Shown here: piece after piece, positions 54,585 to 64,000 of the stretch
Position numbering within the stretch: the first letter of the stretch is position 1
Layout of the letters: the number at the start of each line of letters is the position of its first letter
DNA from: Eledone cirrhosa
Taxonomy: Eukaryota
Assembly (NCBI GenBank): GCA_964016885.1
Contig: OZ024744.1
Coordinates: 112,840,001-112,904,000 of the forward strand
Reading direction: 5' to 3'
Length of the DNA stretch: 64,000 nt
Notes under the pieces: model-generated
What the model was told of the DNA's origin: nothing
The model's input: the letters and a program-made list of their open reading frames with translations, nothing else
The model's database searches: none
Made by a program: the position numbers and the translations under genes

Positions 54585-57450
54585 TGTTTATTGTAGTTGC
54601 ACATGAGTAATAAAGCCACTAAAATATAAGGGGTTACTGAGAAGGGGGAAGGACAAGACAGAGAGAACATAATCCCAAGTAAGACAATAAAGCCACTAAA
54701 ATATAAGGGGTTACTGAGAAGGGGGAAGGACAAGACAGAGAGAACATAATCCCAAGTAAGACAATAAAGCCACTAAAATATAAGGGGTTACTGAGAAGGG
54801 GGAAGGACAAGACAGAGAGAACATAATCCCAAGTAAGACAATAAAGCTACTAAAATATAAGGGGTTACTGAGAAGAGGGAAGGACAAGACAGAGAGAACA
54901 TAATCCCAAGCAAGGCAATAAAGCTACTAAAATATAAGGGGTTACTGAGAAGGGGGAAGGACAAGACAGAGAGAACATAATCCCAAGTAAGACAATAAAG
55001 CCACTAAAATATAAGGGGTTACTGAGAAGAGGGAAGGACAAGACAGAGAGAACATAATCCCAAGTAATACAATAAAGCTACTAAAATATAAGGGGTTACT
55101 GAGAAGGGGGAAAGACAAGACAGAGAGAACATAATCCCAAGTAAGACAATAAAGCCACTAAAATATAAGGGGTTACTGAGAAGAGGGAAGGACAAGACAG
55201 AGAGAACATAATCCCAAGTAAGACAATAAAGCTACTAAAATATAAGGGGTTACTGAGAAGGGGGAAGGACAAGACAGAGAGAACATAATCCCAAGTAAGA
55301 CAATAAAGCCACTAAAATATAAGGGGTTACTGAGAAGGGGGAAGGACAAGACAGAGAGAACATAATCCCAAGTAAGACAATAAAGCTACTAAAATATAAG
55401 GGGTTACTGAGAAGAGGGAAGGACAAGACAGAGAGAACATAATCCCAAGCAAGGCAATAAAGTCACTAAAATATAAGGGGTTACTGAGAAGGGGGAAGGA
55501 CAAGACAGAGAGAACATAATCCCAAGTAAGACAATAAAGCTACTAAAATATAAGGGGTTACTGAGAAGAGGGAAGGACAAGACAGAGAGAACATAATCCC
55601 AAGTAAGACAATAAAGCCACTAAAATATAAGGGGTTACTGAGAAGGGGGAAGGACAAGACAGAGAGAACATAATCCCAAGTAAGACAATAAAGCCACTAA
55701 AATATAAGGGGTTACTGAGAAGAGGGAAGGACAAGACAGAGAGAACATAATCCCAAGCAAGGCAATAAAGCCACTAAAATATAAGGGGTTACTGAGAAGG
55801 GGGAAGAACAAGACAGAGAGAACATAATCCCAAGCAAGGCAATAAAGCCACTAAAATATAAGGGGTTACTGAGAAGGGGGAAGGACAAGACAGAGAGAAC
55901 ATAAACCCAAGTAAGACAATAAAGCCACTAAAATATAAGGAGTTACTGAGAAGGGGGAAGGACAAGACAGAGAGAACATAGTCCCAAGTAAGACAATAAA
56001 GCCACTAAAATATAAGGGGTTACTGAGAAGGGGGAAGGACAAGACAGAGAGAACATAATCCCAAGTAAGACAATAAAGCCACTAAAATATAAGGGGTTAC
56101 TGAGAAGAGGGAAGGACAAGACAGAGAGAACATAATCCCAAGTAAGACAATAAAGCCACTAAAATATAAGGGGTTACTGAGAAGGGGGAAGGACAAGACA
56201 GAGAGAAAATAATCCCAAGTAAGACAATAAAGCCACTAAAATATAAGGGGTTACTGAGAAGGGGGAAGGACAAGACAGAGAGAACATAATCCCAAGTAAG
56301 ACAATAAAGCCACTAAAATATAAGGGGTTACTGAGAAGAGGGAAGGACAAGACAGAGAGAACATAATCCCAAGTAAGACAATAAAGCCACTAAAATATAA
56401 GGAGTTACTGAGAAGGGGGAAGGACAAGACAGAGAGAACATAGTCCCAAGTAAGACAATAAAGCCACTAAAATATAAGGGGTTACTGAGAAGGGGGAAGG
56501 ACAAGACAGAGAGAACATAATCCCAAGTAAGACAATAAAGCTACTAAAATATAAGGAGTTACTGAGAAGAGGGAAGGACAAGACAGAGAGAACATAATCC
56601 CAAGTAAGACAATAAAGCCACTAAAATATAAGGGGTTACTGAGAAGGGGGAAGGACAAGACAGAGAGAACATAATCCCAAGTAAGACAATAAAGCTACTA
56701 AAATATAAGGAGTTACTGAGAAGGGGGAAGGACAAGACAGAGAGAACATAATCCCAAGTAAGACAATAAAGCCACTAAAATATAAGGGGTTACTGAGAAG
56801 GGGGAAGGACAAGACAGAGAGAACATAATCCCAAGTAAGACAATAAAGCCACTAAAATATAAGGGGTTACTGAGAAGGGGGAAGGACAAGACAGAGAGAA
56901 CATAATCCCAAGTAAGACAATAAAGCCACTAAAATATAAGGGGTTACTGAGAAGGGGGAAGGACAAGACAGAGAGAACATAATCCCAAGTAAGACAATAA
57001 AGCCACTAAAATATAAGGGGTTACTGAGAAGGGGGAAGGATAAGACAACATAATTTAAGGAAAGAGATGATGATTGATGCTGCTTTTGAATTTTTACAAA
57101 TTGTAAGTGGTCAGGAAAGAAGCTAGAAGAGAATTCCACTGGTGAGATGTGAGATGGAAGAAACTATCAGAATAGAATTTGTGATTATATTTAGGAACTT
57201 CAACTGTAAATGGATGGGACCTAGCTGCCAATCTGGTGCTCCATTTAAACTTGTGGAGACAAGACAACAAAGGAGAAAGCTCATCAGAACACAATTCCTA
57301 TAAAAAAGTATAAAAAAGACAAAGAGGCAACATTTCAATGATGTGATAGAAGCTAACATTAAGTCCTATAATGTTGATAATTCTTCTTTGGATCTTATCC
57401 AGACTATCAAGGTGCACAGCAGAAGCACCAGACGCCTTATGTATCTATCT
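54585..57450 (-). mobile_element. CR1/L2-group LINE 3' fragment whose 3' UTR hosts the 77-bp array
   Basis: Minus strand reads GASAVHLDSLDKIQRRIINIIG, CLFY, CSDELSPLL, STRLAARSHPFTV, SFFHLTSHQWNSL, YNL*KFKSSINHH, then runs directly into the repeat unit; AATAAA follows the array. Confidence 0.72.
54611..57047. repeat. 77-bp minisatellite, about 31.6 copies
   Basis: Unit TAAAGCCACTAAAATATAAGGGGTTACTGAGAAGGGGGAAGGACAAGACAGAGAGAACATAATCCCAAGTAAGACAA; starts at 54611 and 56998 are exactly 31 x 77 apart. Confidence 0.97.
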
Positions 57451-58219
57451 CATCAACACCAGCCTTAGTCCACTTGAGAATCCCAACACTGTACAGTATT
57501 GTAGATATAGTCCAGATGTTTACAGCTCAAGTGTTTACAGCACAGGTGTTTACAATCCAGGTGTGTGCTGAATATGTTTAATTTTGTAATGTGCTCATGT
57601 GTGTGGACATATATGGGAGCATATTTATTTACTTAATCAATTTAAACGTCCACATAGAGCTAGTAAACTATGAAAAACAAGGTAAAGTATCTAGTACCCT
57701 TCACAGTTAAGAAATAGAAACTAATGAGATCAAAATTAAAGGGTGAATGGCAAAAGAAGTATAAATAATATTTTTAAAAGAGGTGAAAAACTAGGACAGA
57801 TATAAAGCAGATAGAAGGTTCTGTTGTTGAATATTTTTATAACCTCCATATAGTGAAAAATCTTGTTTATAGTTGATAGATCTTTTACAATGTATTGTAT
57901 CTCGAATCTTGATAGATTTTTAAAGACCAACTTCAAGATGTCCCCTCTCTCTCTCTCTCAGACTAGTAATATTTGTGTTGTTGAAACTTTTTGTAACCTC
58001 CATATACTGAAAGATCTTGTTTATAGTGTATAATGATTATCTAACAAGCCCAATACAGCCTTTACATAAGATATTATTTGCACCAGCTACTTTTAGGTAA
58101 CATCCTGCAGGTTGAGTAGGGAGATAATATTTCTACTACACACTACTACAATTTACTTATCTCTAGTTCATTTTCTTTTATTTTTCTCAGTGACCCAATC
58201 GAATTGCTTCCCAACTCCC

Positions 58220-58345
58220 CCCATCACCACCACCACCACCAACATCTCCACCACCCCCAACAACATAACCACCACCACCACACCCTCAGTACCATCACCA
58301 CCACCACCTCAATACCACCACCACCAACACCACCATACCATTGTT
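58220..58345. repeat. Degenerate (CCA)n tract
   Basis: Read directly from the sequence. Confidence 0.8.
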
Positions 58346-58440
58346 ATACTAAATATAGCTCATAGAACAGGGTGTGGTTCTTTGTATGTTGTGTGAGCTA
58401 TCTTTAGTAGAAGGTGACCCTAAATACACAAACATACATG

Positions 58441-58487
<47 letters not shown>

Positions 58488-58509
58488 GTACATATATACA
58501 CACACATAC

Positions 58510-58556
<47 letters not shown>

Positions 58557-58793
58557 TATATATATATATATATTCATACACACATACATATGCATCATCA
58601 TTTTATGCCGTTTTCTTTTACATTCTAGCATATGTATGTGTATGCGCGTTTGTGTCTGTTGTTATGTGTATGTTTGTATGTGTGTGTGCAGTAGGTTATT
58701 TACTAATACTTATCAAATATTGTAGGTGGCACCAATACCAAAACTCAATGCTACTATTTCGGTATCTGTGTATTATATGTTTGTAGTTCAAAT

Positions 58794-58865
58794 CTACACC
58801 TCTGATGAGCAGATCGATACTGGTGTCCTACAGTTGATCATCTGCGAAACACAGGTCATGTTTGG
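58794..58865 (+). ncRNA. Type I hammerhead ribozyme motif with extended stem II
   Basis: CTGATGA at 58802-58808; stem II GCAGA...TCTGC with inner ACTG/CAGT; GAAA at 58846-58849; stem III AC-acag-GT; GUC triplet at 58855-58857; stem I partly mismatched. Confidence 0.62.
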
Positions 58866-58886
58866 TAATAATATATATTTTAATAT

Positions 58887-61800
58887 ATCATCATCCACAT
58901 TTAATGTCTATCTTCCATGCTAGCATGGGTTAGACGGGAGTTGTCCCACTTGAGGCAAGATTGATCGGGTGACCGTGCCTCGCTCGTATAGGACTATCTG
59001 GCAGGTTTTCTACGGCTGGATGCCCTTCCTAACACCAACCACATTTACAGTGTGGACTGGGAGGTTTTTACCGTGACACCTACACGACCACTTTAGTTTG
59101 GACTGGATGTTGTGGTACCAACATAATTTTATGGAGAACGGGTGGTGTTGGTGGGAGTGCGGGGGGGGGGGGGGTTAGGTAGTGGGATGGGGGTGTATAT
59201 TTGGTTAAGAGGTGCCTACTGACTAGGTTTCGCTTTGTCCGTAGGGGAAGGCGAGTCTTCTGTATTACTGCGTAGCGCCAAAGATCTCGGTCCAGAGGTG
59301 TAAGTGTGTAAGGTCGGAATTTATCAAATCGTCCCAGGTTTTTCTCGGTCTACCTACTCCGTAGCTTCCATCAATTTTGATCGCCCTGCACTTTTTTTTA
59401 TACAACTGTCGTCTTTCATGCGCATCACGTGACCATACCAACGTAATTTCTTCTCATTCCTAATTTCTTACTTAGTTCATTTATGTTTTGTCGTTCATGT
59501 ATATTACTATTACACATCCAATGGAACATGCATGCTTCGTTCCTCTGCACGTAATGCCCATGTATCACTGCCATGTAGCATTGCTGTTCGTATACAAGCA
59601 TCATACAACCTGCCTTTCATTTTTAGAGAGAAACCTTTAGTGGTCAAGTGATATTAACTCTCTGAACTTTTTCCATCCCGTTCTACTCTGGCTACTGTAC
59701 TTTCAGAGCACCCTCCACCACTGCTGATTTTGTCACCCAGGTAACAGAAAGTGTCCACTATTTCTATAGAACCACCTGGGCAGTAGAAGGATATAGTATC
59801 CAGTGGGCGCTTGCTACTTATTGCACCAGAGCACCGGCCACATATAAATCTATGTTCTTAGTTAGCTTATCTGTGATCCCACTACATCTTTTCTGTACCC
59901 ATACTTTGCATTTGAGGCATAGAATGGAATTTCTACCTACTCCTTTCCTACACACTGAGCATGGCCATTTCCCAGAGGGCACCTGTGCCCTATTCTCCTT
60001 TCTATATACTAGAACTTTAGTCTTAGACAAGTTAACTTTAAGGCCTTTTGATTCTAGGCCCTGTTTCCATGTTTGGAATTTCTTTTGTAGTTCAGCCATA
60101 GATTCAGCTCTGAGAGTTAGATCATCTGCATATAGAAGTTCTTATGGGAAGCCGGTCTGAAACTCCTCTGTAATAGCCTGTAGAGCAATAAGAAACAGGA
60201 AGGGGTAAGGACAGAGCCCTGATGAACACCAACTTTTACGCTAAACTCTTCACTTTATTCATTGTTAATTCTAACCTTGCTGACTGTTCCTCTATACATG
60301 GCTTCTATAGCTCTCACAAGCCATCATCTAATCCTAGTTTTCTAAGAGCCTACCAGATAATGGAGCGGTGGACTCTGTCAAACACTTTCTCCAAGTCAAC
60401 AAAAGCTAAGTATAGGGGTTTACTTTTAGCTAGGTACTTCTGTAGTTACCGTACAAGGAAGAGAGTGTAGTGACCTACATTCCGCGGGCTCACATACATT
60501 CTCTGTGCGTGATTTGGCTCAGTTCAGCCAATCAGCGCCAGTAGAAGAGGATGTATCCCTACGCGCCCTGAGGAAGAAATTCCCCGCGAAGATTTGAAGA
60601 ATCTCTAGCTTGTACCAAAAACTTCGAGCCAGCAACACGCATAATGTAGCAGTGAGATATTGCACCCCTAGCCTCGCCGGCTTAACGGCGCAATGGCACA
60701 TTCCCTTTTGTAACCTCTTTTTATCTGTAACTTCAACCATATAAATAAACAAACATTTCATCTCTAATTACTGCGGTTGAAGTCGTTATTATGTTACTCG
60801 TGTCTCAATAACATCTTTAATCCATGCTGCTGGAATTGGCGACCTGACGAAAGGAATATTGTAAATAGATGGTAAATAGATCGAGGGACCTTCCCTCACG
60901 TCTATGTCAACAAGATAATCCAACGAGGATACTATCACTTACCACACTGGCAACTAACGACCACTGATTCTACCACCCTGCTAAAGTGGCGATAACATCT
61001 ATAACCAATACTGCTAAAGTGGTGACCGACGTAAGAATATTACGCAGCCCTTCTTATTCATTCAGTTTAACTTTTATTGCCACGTCGCAACTTGCGAAAA
61101 TCCAGAATATTCCTTTTAAGATTTTTGAAAAATTAGCAGTATTTCAAAAACTTTTTCGCCACGAAAAAATTTCAAGATGGCTACCGACATGCCATGGCTA
61201 CACTTGACAACAACAATGACAGCAGCAGCGACAGCGTTGTTTAACCACTGACCAATACAGGGAACAGTGAGTGGCAGCTTCATAACCTTACCAACGCCAA
61301 CCACCACACATCGGAAATTTCAAAACGGCTTGTAACTTTACCGACGCAACCACCATACCTTCTGTCTCGTTACCACAGGGACGCGAGAAATTGAGACAGT
61401 TTTTTTCTCACCATTATGGCGTCAGACGTGACTGCCATATTTGGTGACTCCTACTCTACAGAAGATTCTTTGACTTTGCTTTAACAATAAGCAACAAAAC
61501 CTTCGGGACGGTAAAATGGCCACAAAATCTCACAAAAACACCATACATCTAACCCCTAACGGCAGTAACAAACTTCTTTTTCAGTTTTCAGATAGAACTA
61601 GTGTCTGTACACTGGTGATGTGTGAACTATTTGACTTTGAAAAACTTTGAACTTATTGAGCAATTTCTCTGCTCCCCTAGATTGACTTTGAATTATCAGT
61701 TTGTTACATTCACATATTTCTTTGTAGAATGCATTTACTTGTTTTGTGCTCTTTTGCTATTTGCTTGCGCATGGTTTTTGTTCATTCACATTCTTTGCTG

Positions 61801-64000
61801 TTTTACATGCCTGCATATGCACACATTTTTTTTTATCACACACCAACATGTTGTTCTTGGTATATGTTCTTCAAACGTAATATTCTGCGAGTCCCTTTTC
61901 ACCTGGTTGAGATGCTGTCACATGCTAGCAGCTCACAGTGCTTAACCCACTGGATTCAAACAGTCACCGCAACACGAGAATACTAATTGCAGCTGAACTC
62001 AAACAGCTTCGCATCTCCTTGCACACTGATCGTCCATGACGGCCATCCGTATTGTTGTTTTTGCCCGACTCGCTGGGAAAGCAACAAATTGAACTGGACT
62101 TGTCAACATTTCAGCCACTTCTGTGGATTCGCCCGAATTATGGAATTTACACTGCAACCCACCTACAGATTAAACTTGCCTTTTGTTCTTTACAAAGCAA
62201 CCAGCCATTTTTTCCTGGCTCCACAGCACATTCGACAATACATCTGGGGGCCATCATTTTCTCGCCAGCACTGGTAAACTACCATAATAGCTTCGTTCAC
62301 AGCTACTGGTACAACGCTTACCATTAACATTTAATGCAAGAACAGCAACTTCGCCCATGTCAGACTTTATCCGTTTTTTGTTAGACCTTTGGCGGTCACG
62401 TATAAACAACAAAACAATTGGTCATTTGACACAGCGGCTCAACACGGCCCGTAGCGCCTCATTTTTTGTTCTTGCATGCAACCTTCTGCTCAATTATTTT
62501 TTCGCTGATGTGCTCTTTCAGCATTTGTTCTTGCTGATTCAATAATATGTGGGTCCTTGGTTTCTTCGTTATCGATTTTCGGCTGAAAATCTGGTTGGAG
62601 GTGATGTAGTGACCTACATTCCGCGGGCTCACATACATTCTCTGTGCGTGATTTGGCTTAGTTCAGCCAATCAGCGCCAGTAGAAGAGGATGTATCCCTA
62701 CGCGCCCTGAGGAAGAAATTCCCCGCGAAGATTTGAAGAATCTCTAGCGTGTACCAAAAACTTCGAGCCAGCAACACGCATAATGTAGCAGTGAGATATT
62801 GCACCCCTAGCCTCGCCGGCTTAACGGCGCAATGGCACATTCCCTTTTGTAACCTCTTTTTATCTGTAACTTCAACCATATAAATAAACAAACATTTCAT
62901 CTCTAATTACTGCGGTTGAAGTCGTTATTATGTTACTCGTGTCTCAATAACATCTTTAATCCATGCTGCTGGAATTGGCGACCTGACGAAAGGAATATTG
63001 TAGATAGATGGTAAATAGATCGAGGGACCTTCCCTCACGTCTATGTCAACAAGATAATCCAACGAGGATACTATCACTTACCACACTGGCAACTAACGAC
63101 CACTGATTCTACCACCCTGCTAAAGTGGCGATAACATCTATAACTAATACTGCTAAAAGAGCATCCGTGGTACTTTTACCTGGCACAAACCCAAACTGCA
63201 TTTTATCTAGATCAATCCAGTCTCTAATCAGTTGAGTAATAACTCTTTCTGTGACCTTTATGATCTGGTCAACTTAATGCCTCTATAGTTTACTCTATAG
63301 TTTCCTTGTAGCAGTTAACGATGATGATGCTACGCCAGTCATTTGGTATGACCTCCACACTTGGTTTACTATCCGGGTGACCATAGTATGTCCCACCAAT
63401 ACAGATGCCTTCAACATCTCAGCAACTATCTTCGAAGGCCCAGCTGACTTGCCTGTCTTCATATCTTTGATTGCCTTACTTACTATACTACCATTAACTT
63501 GCACTGCTGGTCCCTCTGTTGGATTGATTTTGGGCGATTATTTTTATCCCATTCATTCTCCTCATTTAATAGTCTCTCGTAGTGTCACTTCCAAGCTACC
63601 TTCTTATCAAGGAGGGAAAGTATATTATCATCATTACGGACACACTTCTCCCTGACAATATCACGGTTTTCCTTGACACATTGTCTTGCAATCTTGAACA
63701 TGTCACATCTTTGGTCCTTGCATTGTAGAACATACTTGAACTTTCTATCCTTTGCTTTCCATCTTGCAAAGTACACTTGTCTCCTAGCTTCCCTTCTAGC
63801 CACTTGATAGAGTTCTCTACTTCCCCCCATCCCGTCATACTTTCCAAGCCTGCTTTTTGGCCTTGATTGACTCCTCCACCTTACTGTTCCACCACCATGT
63901 TACTCTCCTCCTGCCTATAGGTCTGCTCCAGCCACAGATTTCATCTGTTGCCTTCAGCAGGTTAACTTTCAGGAATTCCCACTGTTCCTCTATATTGTAC
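58887..64000 (-). mobile_element. Long decayed RTE-clade LINE that runs off the window, interrupted by an LTR element
   Basis: MKTGKSAGPS, QFGFVPGKSTTDA|LFLVR, LAFVDLEKVFDRV, ELLYADDL, GLKVNLSKTKV, PCSVCRKGVGRNSILCLKCKVWV, RWYGHV; 3' tail at ~58887; several stops and frameshifts. Confidence 0.92.
60466..63157 (+). mobile_element. Young non-autonomous LTR retrotransposon (tRNA-Trp PBS, 4-bp TSD) nested in an RTE RT gene
   Basis: 553-bp LTRs at 60466-61018 and 62605-63157 with about 4 differences; TSD AGAG at 60462-60465 and 63158-63161; PBS TGGTGACC--GACGT at 61020; 1.59-kb interior with no recognisable gag or pol. Confidence 0.93.

Noticed and set aside
57823-58028. ~50-bp diverged direct repeat at ~57823 and ~57978
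   Set aside because: Short AT-rich local duplication with no TSD, PBS or other element hallmarks.
61020-62604. gag or integrase remnants in the LTR element interior (also 29137-30468)
   Set aside because: Only short ORFs without zinc-knuckle, protease, RT or DDE motifs; any similarity was too weak to call without a profile search.

Overview
Eukaryotic, repeat-saturated animal DNA; the SINE/LINE types and dense CA/TA microsatellites suggest a mollusc, most likely an octopus (inference). The only host coding sequence found is a 61-nt exon (54062-54122, +) encoding the first EGF/DOS repeat of a Delta/Serrate-Jagged Notch ligand, so most of the window is probably intron. About 35 kb (16415-51757) is a 38/43-bp satellite with ~1.4-1.5 kb and ~5 kb higher-order duplications and one inserted non-autonomous LTR element. 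The rest consists of decayed non-LTR retrotransposons (R4/Dong, RTE, CRE, CR1-group), two tRNA-derived SINE families, a second young non-autonomous LTR element nested in an RTE RT gene, Penelope-type hammerhead ribozyme motifs, and minisatellites expanded inside LINE 3' UTRs. The best leads are: (1) a graded series in which a 48-bp RTE 3'-tail segment appears at ~1, ~7 and ~37 copies and plausibly seeded the 35-kb satellite; (2) tRNA-Trp-primed non-coding LTR elements with non-CA ends, one carrying stacked relic LTR-end/PBS junctions; (3) hammerhead ribozymes. All alignments and counts were done by eye; no prokaryote-type system is present.
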